A DNA stretch of 63,609 nt, the filler included. It is 6 parts of 6 records of this genome, joined end to end, with 100 filler letters (N's around TTAATTAATTAA, not from the genome) between each part and the next. Parts side by side here need not be neighbours in the genome. Positions count along the whole stretch, not along the records: positions 22,789 to 37,862 come from SRR31156797_18298; positions 37,963 to 43,729 come from SRR31156797_18320; 4 more parts are not named here. One strand, written 5' to 3'. The notes under the pieces are model-generated. The model was given only the letters and a program-made list of their open reading frames with translations. It was not told the origin of the DNA and ran no database searches. Numbering within the stretch: position 1 is the first letter of the stretch; every line of letters begins with the position of its first letter. Position numbers and translations under genes: made by a program. Positions 31,601-39,649 of this stretch are shown here, in pieces.

Positions 31601-33310
31601 CAAAAAACGAAACCGTCCCTTTTCAGGAACTGACAGGTGCTCTATGGGTTTAACATCTTCGCTTATCAGGTGATCAACGCCAATGGGAACTATAAATACA
31701 GGCAGATTACAACCCGAATTGATCAACGCGTTTTTTACTGAAGATGAAGCAACCCAAATAATGTCGAACTGATTATTTAATTGTTTGACCATTTCAAAGG
31801 GTATTGATGTCTCTTCCCAAAAAAATATAATTCCTTTTAATCCTGCAACTTGGGTATCATCAATAATTGGATAGTGATGTACAATAGAGACGACTTGTTC
31901 TTTTTCTCCTGAAGGGATCTCCCGATTGATTGTATCAATTAAAGCATCCTGCCTGGCCGGAATATCGTAATTTCCTTTCAGGTTTGGTTGTCCATGGTAA
32001 GGAAAAAAACTGAATTTCTGATCCAGGCAGTTATCCAAAGCACTTGCCAGCCCTCTATTAACTATGGCTAAACTATAATGTCCTTCCAGGTGCCCAACCA
32101 ACCGATACCAATTTTTTTTATCTTTGTTTGATCCCGGCAGCAAGACAGTTTCCGGATAATGGGGGACAGACGGCAATATACTGGCATCGAATTTTAAGTT
32201 GGTTCGATAATTTTTAACAGCGTATTTTTTATTTTTGTTTTGATTCAGGTGATACAAATTTAATATTTTTGTTTTTAACCAGGGAATCCGATTTAAAAAG
32301 CGCAATAAGTTTAATCGTAAAACATGATCAAACAAGCTTAAACTTAAATCCTTAAGTTTTTGTTTTGGAGAACACGCATTCCCATTATTATAAGATAACT
32401 TCATTTCATGGATCATATGACGCAAAGGTGATGTTAGACGCCAAGATGTACTGGAGAGAATTGATTCCAACTCAGATTTTAGCCATTCAATCTCTCTATT
32501 AAGCCTTGCCTCAGATTCTATATACCTTTGTGTTTCTTTTAGATATCTTTGTGTTTCTTTTAGTTGATTTTCTCTTTCTTTTTGATGAATTATCGCTTGT
32601 TTTTCGTTTTCTTCTTCTGCTAATTGCAAATCCAATATTTTAAAATCATCAAAAATATTCGGCGGATATAAAAATGCGTCTTTCAATGAGGCATGCTCTG
32701 CCGATACATAGTATCGATTTAAACCGTCACTATATACATGTTGATACTTTGAACCCAATAAAATGGACTCCCAAACTGAATAGCTATCCTCTTTAGTGTC
32801 AGGCACTGTCGCTTCGACGATGACAAGCCATGGACGGAACTTCAAAAAATCCATCCCTTCCAACACAAATTTTTCATACCCTTCAACATCAATCTTCAAA
32901 AAATGAATATCACCATCAACGTGATCTTCACAAATTTGCAAAAGTGTGTCCATGGGAACCTTTGTATATTCGCCTTCACACCCTTTGGCCTGGTGGATCT
33001 TTATTGTATCAGACGAAACCGTCGCCCAGCCTTGGGTCTCTGGTTCCCAAATCTCAATTTCCCCACAACTGCTACCCACTGCCAACTGTAAATTAATATC
33101 TCTGGGACGCTCTGCCACTAAAGACAAATAGTGTTTTTCAACAGGCTCAACATTAATTCCACGCCATCCGTTATCATAAAAGTGCTTTGTGACTGAATGA
33201 AATTCCGGGTCATTGGCACCGACATCTATATAGAAGCCATTTAAAATATGTTTAAGTGCCCTCCACAAGATGATGTCTTCACCATTTTGCGCGTAAGAAA
33301 TATTTGTCAT
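28637..33310 (-). CDS. FkbM methyltransferase - coiled coil - three GT-B/GT4 glycosyltransferase fusion (glycan polymerase/terminator)
   Basis: YIDVGANDP, LKIDVEGYE; coiled coil ending SWRLTSPLR; GT motifs RGEGFNLPAAEA, ESASAAVTIGL, TEGFGLPLIEAA. Confidence 0.88.
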   Translation of the reverse strand: MTNISYAQNGEDIILWRALKHILNGFYIDVGANDPEFHSVTKHFYDNGWRGINVEPVEKHYLSLVAERPRDINLQLAVGSSCGEIEIWEPETQGWATVSSDTIKIHQAKGCEGEYTKVPMDTLLQICEDHVDGDIHFLKIDVEGYEKFVLEGMDFLKFRPWLVIVEATVPDTKEDSYSVWESILLGSKYQHVYSDGLNRYYVSAEHASLKDAFLYPPNIFDDFKILDLQLAEEENEKQAIIHQKERENQLKETQRYLKETQRYIESEARLNREIEWLKSELESILSSTSWRLTSPLRHMIHEMKLSYNNGNACSPKQKLKDLSLSLFDHVLRLNLLRFLNRIPWLKTKILNLYHLNQNKNKKYAVKNYRTNLKFDASILPSVPHYPETVLLPGSNKDKKNWYRLVGHLEGHYSLAIVNRGLASALDNCLDQKFSFFPYHGQPNLKGNYDIPARQDALIDTINREIPSGEKEQVVSIVHHYPIIDDTQVAGLKGIIFFWEETSIPFEMVKQLNNQFDIIWVASSSVKNALINSGCNLPVFIVPIGVDHLISEDVKPIEHLSVPEKGRFRFLHISSAFERKGVDVLLYAYLEAFDGNDPVELYIKTFPNPHNNVHSIVAALTKNRDCAAKVVIDDSPLDDNGLIELYKSAHVMVLPSRGEGFNLPAAEAMAIGLPVIATGQSAHIDFCTNYTSTLINFAFANSKSHLTATDACWIEPDCVDLKEKLIKVRQRIENGDSEMQLSRRVAMEHIRTVYNWANCAQGIMNSVEIYEAAKNHKEQSLSLSVLTPWKCRCGIAEYSDKLLGSIIGNDRVDSFIYYDKRTVVNVEKGRNSWQLGQVESAYDTLREILADKSDVVLVQHQPSLFMLDDQVTHQLAELHKQGKVVILELHATKFFLREDGLSPNSIMHLNILDRIVVHKVEDLNNLLQLGLYRNVMLLPLGVIAPVQDELSIAQRERLQVPEDALILGSFGFMLAHKGIDTIIKSISKLEKLTQKKVYFIAQHASLDKRSDVLLSKYKILSKKLGVEARVHWITDFQAVEQCQKILKVCDYIVFPYKETNESASAAVTIGLSTNRPVIVSPLDIFSDLENVTLKMADSHEESIVDAVLKLENDGELRQALIEKQRSWLQDRSWDVISDRLFSMMTSLNRERKIENLTIGERTNRESAFVSKVTKQLLIDISRIYERDSKTGIQRVVRNIINEILNFNLDNYVVKLIYFDGDTGFKYTDRFGSQVTEFESDESIVVRAGDLFLGLDLTAHIFPGAEYHIQQYRTAGARVYYVVYDIIPLIYPTFSLNNITVAFADWIRSLANCSDGLICISDTVSHELRNWFKTNSISYPSSQVDYFHLGADFINEKGTPSSEDNDDFSFDVSFYAKTFLMVGTIEPRKGHNDVLDAFDKIWDEGKDYSLILVGKEGWNISALAKRIRNHKELGSKLHWLEGLSDSHLNRLYSSCSALIAASVTEGFGLPLIEAAQHKLPIIARNIPIFREVASNGAFYFSGGSTDDIKKDIEKWVKLYDNGAHPESNSVQWLSWEQSAKLLLEKIGLGLQVRYSDFVT
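32522..32563. repeat. 21-bp tandem duplication (LKETQRY x2) in the coiled coil
   Basis: ATACCTTTGTGTTTCTTTTAG / ATATCTTTGTGTTTCTTTTAG, one mismatch. Confidence 0.9.
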
Positions 33311-34530
33311 AATAACTCAATTCCAATTTCCGGCTCAATCCAGGCAACACCCGTAAACTCCACTTTACTGCTGTTCACCACGTTAAACAGCAAAGCAAGA
33401 TCCCGCCATTCATAGTTGTCCTCCAGGTGAGTATCACCACTTACCAACGCCGTTTGTACAGAGTAGCTGCCCGGCCCGATATTCGCATCAAACCAGCAAT
33501 TGAAAACAACCTCCTGTCCGTCCTGCAGGTCATTCAATATTTGCTTTTTATAACTGGTATTTGTCCCATATATAACCTGTCCAAGACGATCTTTTATTCC
33601 GTATCCCAATACCAGCTTTTCCAGATACTGCCGTACTTCAACGACAACCCTCAAGTTTACACGCTGCCCCACATTTATGCATTCAACTTTCTTTTCATTT
33701 TCATCGTATAGTGCAATATCCTTTACATTGGCTTCTTCAGTTCCGGAAATTGTTTGAACGTCACCATGCGCGTTCTCAATTTGCGTAATATTTTGATCTT
33801 GATGATCTGCCAAAAGCGCATTGTAATAATCCATGACAGCCTCTGGCTTTCCTTCCAGTTCAACCCTACCATTATTCAATAAAATGGCTTTATCACATAT
33901 GCTTTGTATCGCCTGTTTGTCGTGCGATACGATTAAAAGCGTTGTCCCTTCTTTCCGGTATTTTCTGATTCTCTCAAAACTTTTATGCTGGAAATAGGCG
34001 TCACCTACCGATAGGGCCTCATCAATGATTAATATATCAGGCCGAATGGCGGTGGCCACACTAAAGGCTAACCGCACCTGCATACCACTGGAGTAAACTC
34101 TCATGGGCTGGTCAATATAATCGCCAATCTCAGCAAACGCTTCTATTTCGGGCATCAATGCTTGGATTTGTTTCTTCTCAATACCTAATAGTTGGGATGC
34201 CATCAGCGCATTTTGCCGGCCTGTAAATTCCGGATGGAACCCCATTCCAAGCTCCAGTAAGGCAGCGATCCGCCCATTTAGTTCTATACTGCCGTTGGTC
34301 GGGCGGGTGGTTCCGCAAATCATCTTAAGCAAGGTACTTTTCCCCGCCCCGTTCACTCCAATTATTCCAACAGCCTCTCCGGACTTAACCGAAAAACTTA
34401 CATCCTGCAGTATCCACATAAGTGAATGGGCGTTATGAGATCCTGGGCTTACCCACTCTATCAATCTCGACCATTTTGAAGGATATTGCTTATACGCCTT
34501 ACCGAGGTTATTTACAACAATACAACCCAT
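33307..34530 (-). CDS. wzt: Polysaccharide ABC exporter ATPase with C-terminal carbohydrate-binding domain
   Basis: GVNGAGKSTLL, YSSGMQVRLAFS, DEALSVGD, Wzt_C-like C-terminus. Confidence 0.95.
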   Translation of the reverse strand: MGCIVVNNLGKAYKQYPSKWSRLIEWVSPGSHNAHSLMWILQDVSFSVKSGEAVGIIGVNGAGKSTLLKMICGTTRPTNGSIELNGRIAALLELGMGFHPEFTGRQNALMASQLLGIEKKQIQALMPEIEAFAEIGDYIDQPMRVYSSGMQVRLAFSVATAIRPDILIIDEALSVGDAYFQHKSFERIRKYRKEGTTLLIVSHDKQAIQSICDKAILLNNGRVELEGKPEAVMDYYNALLADHQDQNITQIENAHGDVQTISGTEEANVKDIALYDENEKKVECINVGQRVNLRVVVEVRQYLEKLVLGYGIKDRLGQVIYGTNTSYKKQILNDLQDGQEVVFNCWFDANIGPGSYSVQTALVSGDTHLEDNYEWRDLALLFNVVNSSKVEFTGVAWIEPEIGIELL

Positions 34531-35324
34531 TAGAATTCATCAACCATGTCCATAATATGTTTTTTGTATAAGTAAGCGGCCAGCAGGCAAAATAAAATTG
34601 ACAGGACACATACAGGCAACAAGCCCCCCCAATCCGGGGATTTTTGGTACACAAATATTGCCTGGTATCCGGAAATTATTCTGGCCATAGGATTGAGCAT
34701 AACGTATTTAACAGCCCACCCGGGAATAATATTAATTGTATATACGACAGGTGTTGCCCAAAATAAAAATTGCAAGCTGACATCAACTATCATGCTGATG
34801 TCACGAAAGAATACATTGAGCACCCCTAATGTTAATCCAATCCCTATGGTCAGTGTCACTTGAACAAACAAAACCGGAAAGAAATCCAAAAATACCCATC
34901 CGGGAAAATTATTCGATACCACTAAAAAAAGAACAAACAAACAAAATATTATCAAAAAATTCAGCAACGATGAAAATGAGATAATAATTGGCAGGCAAAG
35001 CCTGGGAAAATTCATCTTTTTTATCAAATTGGCATTGTCTATAAATACATTTTTGCAACGACCTAAAAGCTCGCCGAAAAACCCCCAGGTAAGCACCCCC
35101 GAACATAAATAGATACTATATGAAAAGGCTCCCGTATCTCCAGGAAGGCGGGCTCTCATTACTTGAGAAAATACCAATGTATATACCAATATCATTGAAA
35201 GCGGTTGTAAAATTAACCAAGCAGCACCAAGCATACTTCGCTGATATCGAGTCTGAAAATCCCGCTTTACACTACCGAGGATAAATCCTCTATATTGATA
35301 CACCGATACTAATAGAGCTTTCAT
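34530..35324 (-). CDS. wzm: Polysaccharide ABC exporter permease
   Basis: RYQRSMLGAAWLILQPL, FFRDI, FWATPVVY, LNPM; start trimmed to MKALL. Confidence 0.95.
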   Translation of the reverse strand: MKALLVSVYQYRGFILGSVKRDFQTRYQRSMLGAAWLILQPLSMILVYTLVFSQVMRARLPGDTGAFSYSIYLCSGVLTWGFFGELLGRCKNVFIDNANLIKKMNFPRLCLPIIISFSSLLNFLIIFCLFVLFLVVSNNFPGWVFLDFFPVLFVQVTLTIGIGLTLGVLNVFFRDISMIVDVSLQFLFWATPVVYTINIIPGWAVKYVMLNPMARIISGYQAIFVYQKSPDWGGLLPVCVLSILFCLLAAYLYKKHIMDMVDEF

Positions 35325-35445
35325 TTGATGATCTTTTAAACACCTCAAAGGTTTGCCAGGCAATTTTGCTTCAGGTAAAGCGCGCTGCAGATCCCCGGCC
35401 CTTTTTCACAAGCACTTGCCCTTACCTGACTGTCGTGAACAATGG

Positions 35446-35475
35446 TTTATATGGACAGAAGACTCTTTTTGTCAA
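35446..35475 (-). promoter_or_regulatory. Possible sigma-70 promoter for wzm-wzt-GT
   Basis: TTGACA-18 nt-TATAAA upstream of wzm. Confidence 0.45.
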
Positions 35476-35802
35476 GAAAAGTATAAAAAATTATATAAGC
35501 GTTCTATACCCCCCATCTTTCATGGATTCGCAAGCCGTGCGATGGTGGGGCCATCTTTCACCGAACAAATAAAAAAGGGGGCTTGCTACAGCATGAAAGA
35601 CAGACCATGGGGCCTTTATCGGCAAGATAGTCATGAGTCTGCTCCACACTTGCAAATTAGGGACACTTTATTATGAGGGAAAACGGCCACAATAAAGTGG
35701 AGAAGGGGAAAGCAGGTTCGGGCCGGTGACACCTGCGACGATTGATATTCAGGTAGCTTCATAAAACAGTTAAACGATAAATAGTTTAGAGCCTGTAAAA
35801 AG

Positions 35803-37200
35803 TTAGGGGGCAGGGGTAACGGGAGGGTAATAAGCCAATTTAACAAATTGATCATCGGCAGTGATGGGAATAAATTCCCAGCTGGAAGGCACACCTTGTA
35901 TAGTTGCTGTAAAAAAATACTGCCGGTTGGCGTCCAGTGTCATGGAAAAATGACCTGCATTATCGGTAACAGCTTCAACTTCAATTGCTTTCGTCTCATC
36001 ATCATAAGCCGTATAAGCCGTTACAGTTTGTTGAATAATTTCCTCTCCCGGAGCGTAGAGTTCGTCTCCGTCATCCGAAAAGAGGACGCCATATATCCTT
36101 GAAGTTTGCTCATTATTACTGCTGCTCTCGCCGCTACTGGTGTTGAAGGCGTTTCTCCCCACGATAAAAGACGGCACCGAAACATCGTATGGATCACCTC
36201 GCTGAGAAGCAACACTATATCCAACATCCTGAAAATCCTTTAAAAAAACGACGAAACTCAAGGGAGATGCGCTGAGTTCTTTTTTTATCACATGTTTAAA
36301 GAGCGAGTCCACAGGCAGATCACTCTCTTCTGGTAAAGAGTAAACAGGGGAGCCAATTTTTTCTTGAACAGCTTCACCTTCATAACCATAATAACCAGCC
36401 CTTTCAAGAGGCGTAGTTTTCTCTGACAAATATTCCGGATATTTTTTGGTAAACACATAATCGGAATAATCCTGGGCAAATTCGCTCAAAGAGGCATTAA
36501 AGAAAAGAGGTTTGTACTCGGCAACCAAGGAATCAGAAATATTCGGGTTTAGAGTAGAAGCTTCCTCCTCATTCAATTGCGTATATTCCCATAAATTTTC
36601 CGGATTAGCCCGGACCTGGTTGATCAAATTTAACATCTGAATTTCAGATACAAGTTCGGAAGAACGAAGGCAGATTGCAACAAACCACGCATTTCCCGAT
36701 CCTACCTTTCCGGCTGATATGGCAATACCGGCAGAGGAATATTCTTTGGATAGAATATAACTTGGGGACTCATTGGCTGGATCAAGTTCTTTTTTGAAAA
36801 GATAATCTATAACGATCTTAAAGGCCGTATTCCGGGGCATAAAATTAAAGAAAGAGACCACGCCCCCTGTTGATGCGGTAAAACGATAGACAGGAGGTTC
36901 GGTTTCTTCTGACTCCGAAATATTTTCTCCGGCCATCATTTGGCTTTCATTTTCGGCCATTTCGGTTAAGCCTTCATCCAGCGTATAGGGCTCAAGGTGT
37001 ATGTCAGAATCAATTCCCTTGGCGATTAAATCCTCATGGGTATATTCTAAACCCCTAGCGTAATCATAAGGGGCATTTCTAATTACGTTGATCATATCCA
37101 GAAAAGATTGATTGTCTTCAGCGGACAGTGCGACTGCAGGGCTGTAAACACCCCAGAAAACCATTACCGAAATAATTGTGTGTATAAAATGCTTTTTCAT
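35803..37200 (-). CDS. Secreted acidic protein with two CAP/SCP-like repeats and an SdrD-like C-terminal domain
   Basis: Signal peptide; repeats FLDMINVIRNAP / MLNLINQVRANP; ERAGYYGY; DDGDELYAPGE..VTDNAGHFS. Confidence 0.65.
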   Translation of the reverse strand: MKKHFIHTIISVMVFWGVYSPAVALSAEDNQSFLDMINVIRNAPYDYARGLEYTHEDLIAKGIDSDIHLEPYTLDEGLTEMAENESQMMAGENISESEETEPPVYRFTASTGGVVSFFNFMPRNTAFKIVIDYLFKKELDPANESPSYILSKEYSSAGIAISAGKVGSGNAWFVAICLRSSELVSEIQMLNLINQVRANPENLWEYTQLNEEEASTLNPNISDSLVAEYKPLFFNASLSEFAQDYSDYVFTKKYPEYLSEKTTPLERAGYYGYEGEAVQEKIGSPVYSLPEESDLPVDSLFKHVIKKELSASPLSFVVFLKDFQDVGYSVASQRGDPYDVSVPSFIVGRNAFNTSSGESSSNNEQTSRIYGVLFSDDGDELYAPGEEIIQQTVTAYTAYDDETKAIEVEAVTDNAGHFSMTLDANRQYFFTATIQGVPSSWEFIPITADDQFVKLAYYPPVTPAP

Positions 37201-37215
37201 AATGTAGACAAATAA

Positions 37216-37231
37216 AGCAAAATATATACCA
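37216..37231 (-). promoter_or_regulatory. Possible sigma-54 promoter of the CAP-like gene
   Basis: TGGTAT-ATATT-TTGCT with correct spacing, but only 15 nt from the ATG. Confidence 0.45.
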
Positions 37232-37433
37232 CATCACGAAACCGGCCTAAAAAACAATGAAACTTGACCAGAGAAATCAACCAGAAGGGCCGACGGTTGT
37301 GCTTTCTTTATTTTTTCTTTTGGGTATTTTCCTTGTTTCCGGGTATACAAAAAGTCGTGCCGAAAAATCAGATAACTGGTCAATTTTGATCATACCTGGC
37401 CCAAGTTGGCCATTGAAGTCTTTTTCTGATTAC

Positions 37434-37460
37434 ACCATGAAGTACATGAAGAGCATGAAG
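37434..37460 (+). repeat. Left arm of inverted repeat (3 x 9-bp CATGAAG units) flanking GxxExxY
   Basis: ACCATGAAGTACATGAAGAGCATGAAG. Confidence 0.85.
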
Positions 37461-37462
37461 AT

Positions 37463-37834
37463 TTAAAGGACGAAACTCTTAAGCCCTTTCTTTAATTGTC
37501 GAACATTGAAGTTGATTAAAAAGCCCTGACTTATTCCGGCCAGTTTCATGTAAGTCAACAGCTGTGCCTCGTGTATCCCTTTCAAGGTCTCAACACTCTT
37601 TAACTCCAGAAGAATCTCGTCTTCGACCAGAATATCAACGCGATATCCGCAGTCTAACCGGACGCCCTTGTATTCCACCGGCAATGGGTGTTGAATTTTA
37701 AAATTGATACCATTCAAGTTCAACTCGTGTGCGAGACACTGTTCGTAAGTGGATTCCAACAGCCCGGGACCCAACTTTCGGTGAACCTCAATCGCACACC
37801 CGATAACACGATTTGAAAGCTCACTAAATTTCAT
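37463..37834 (-). CDS. GxxExxY protein (PD-(D/E)xK nuclease-like fold)
   Basis: LGPGLLESTYEQCL, YRVDILVED, ELKSV, AQLLTYMKL, GFLINF. Confidence 0.95.
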   Translation of the reverse strand: MKFSELSNRVIGCAIEVHRKLGPGLLESTYEQCLAHELNLNGINFKIQHPLPVEYKGVRLDCGYRVDILVEDEILLELKSVETLKGIHEAQLLTYMKLAGISQGFLINFNVRQLKKGLKSFVL

Positions 37835-37835
37835 T

Positions 37836-37862
37836 CTTCATGTCCTTCATGCTCTTCATGGT
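37836..37862 (-). repeat. Right arm of inverted repeat flanking GxxExxY
   Basis: Reverse complement ACCATGAAGAGCATGAAGGACATGAAG; 23/27 identical to the left arm; contig ends exactly here. Confidence 0.85.
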
Positions 37863-37962
37863 NNNNNNNNNNNNNNNNNNNNNNNNNNNNNNNNNNNNNN
37901 NNNNNNTTAATTAATTAANNNNNNNNNNNNNNNNNNNNNNNNNNNNNNNNNNNNNNNNNNNN
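37863..37962. other. Artificial contig spacer
   Basis: N-run + TTAATTAATTAA + N-run. Confidence 0.98.
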
Positions 37963-38220
37963 GTAGTTGATGAACTGCTGATAGACCATGGCAATGCTCC
38001 GTTTTCGAACGGATTTGCCCGTAACGTCTACCCCGTTCACCAGCACCCGCCCGGAAGTGGGCCGGTCGAGGCCTGCCATCAATCGAAGAAGGGATGTTTT
38101 GCCGGCCAGGGTTCGGCCGAGGAGGATATTGCGGCTTCCGGTTTCGAAGGAGAGGCTGACATTGTCAATATGGGTTTCCCGTCCAACCTTTTTGGTAATT
38201 CCCTCTAAAGATAAGGACAT
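37963..38220 (-). CDS. Glycerol ABC transporter ATP-binding subunit (GlpS-like), 3'-truncated
   Basis: LLGRTLAGKTSLLRLMAGLDRPTSG, AMVYQQFINY; downstream of glpAB. Confidence 0.85.
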
Positions 38221-38341
38221 AATAAACGCATCCTCGCACTATTTGGGTCTTTTACCACCTGGTTCACAACGGCAGATCAAGAATATAACAAAACGGTCTT
38301 TGTGCCGCAATCATGTCAAATTGTAAGGAGATGCTGACGCC

Positions 38342-39649
38342 TCATCCCCTCGTATTTGAAAACGCCTTCACTGCCGCATAAGCACTGCTGATGGCCAGAC
38401 CTGAACCGCATTTCATTCGCATCCAATCCTGATGGGCCAGTATGGAACCGGCTGCAAACAGGTTTTCCAATGCCGGCTCACCCGAACGGTTAAGGGGACG
38501 GAATTGATTATCAATGGTCAAACCGGTCCGATTGGCCGGGTGTCCCCGCAAATCCAGGAAATCCTCCCGGTGCCATTCATCTCTCCTCTCCGGCTGATGG
38601 ACCGGGAGGTCAAAGAGGGGTTCCCGGATCTTGTCCCGATCGGCTCTGAGCCCGTGGGCCCAGAACCGCCCCGTTGCCAGAATGACCCCTTCAGTCCTGA
38701 TCCATTTCTTCCGCGGGCCCTGGCCCATGGCCAGAAGAATGCTTCCGTCGTTACCGTTCTCCCACGAAAGGATTCTTTCCGGAAAAAAGAGTTTGACGCC
38801 TCTTTCCGCCAAGCCTTGCGTGAACACTTCATTTAACCTGAGGCCGGGAACGGAAAGGGGTGTTGTGGGGATTTCAAACACCTTTGTACCCAGTTCGCGG
38901 GACAGGTTTTCAATGATTTCCCGGGACCGTCTCATTCCGAGTACGGCTGGTAAACCAACGGTTTCAGCGTTCTTGACATGGGGCCCTATGAGATGGATCA
39001 GTTTTTCCATGGTTTGCGGCGTCTCCAAATCCCGGGCCAGGATATCACCGGAAACAAGGGAAGATCCTTTCGCCATTCCCTTCAAACTGATGTTCAGCCG
39101 GCGAAGGCCGGGCCATCGGCCCATCAATCCCCGTGCCACACGGACGGCACTGAAATCCTTCAGTTCGTGAAACCCGACGATGAGGCACGGACGCTTTTCC
39201 TTGAGTGCGGAAACCCCTTCCCACATGGTTTCCGGGATATAATAGCTGGTTTTAATGGTGCCAAGCTGGGTCATGAGTTCTGAATTATTGTCACCGCTTT
39301 TCTCATAAGAAAGACCCTTTTTTCCCAGAAAAGAAACCACCTGTCCCAGTGATTCCTTGATGATGTCCTGCGTAAGCCGCGCGTAGGGGTGATTCGGTAT
39401 GTCATTTGAAACTGCATGGATGGCGGCCCATGGGTCTGTCCACCCATGTCCCGTTTCAATGGGATGGGTTCCCATCACATCCAGGAGACCGGTGGCAAAA
39501 ATCATTCCCCCGGAGACACCGGCCTGAACCGTGGAAAACCCTCTTTCAGTGGCAAAAAATGCTGCCGCCATACCCGAAAGACCGCATCCGATGATGGCCA
39601 GATCGCATTTTATTGCCGTATCTTTGGTTGTTACCGTACTACCCATCAC
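38342..39649 (-). CDS. glpB: Anaerobic glycerol-3-phosphate dehydrogenase subunit B
   Basis: IIGCGLSG, PAVLG, FEIPTTPLSVPGLRL, ILATGRF, LFAAGSIL, GSGLAISSA. Confidence 0.93.
   Translation of the reverse strand: MMGSTVTTKDTAIKCDLAIIGCGLSGMAAAFFATERGFSTVQAGVSGGMIFATGLLDVMGTHPIETGHGWTDPWAAIHAVSNDIPNHPYARLTQDIIKESLGQVVSFLGKKGLSYEKSGDNNSELMTQLGTIKTSYYIPETMWEGVSALKEKRPCLIVGFHELKDFSAVRVARGLMGRWPGLRRLNISLKGMAKGSSLVSGDILARDLETPQTMEKLIHLIGPHVKNAETVGLPAVLGMRRSREIIENLSRELGTKVFEIPTTPLSVPGLRLNEVFTQGLAERGVKLFFPERILSWENGNDGSILLAMGQGPRKKWIRTEGVILATGRFWAHGLRADRDKIREPLFDLPVHQPERRDEWHREDFLDLRGHPANRTGLTIDNQFRPLNRSGEPALENLFAAGSILAHQDWMRMKCGSGLAISSAYAAVKAFSNTRG

Noticed and set aside
37346-37362. Sigma54-like CGGCACGACTTTTTGTA on the minus strand
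   Set aside because: Spacing is one base too long and the -12 element is GT rather than GC.
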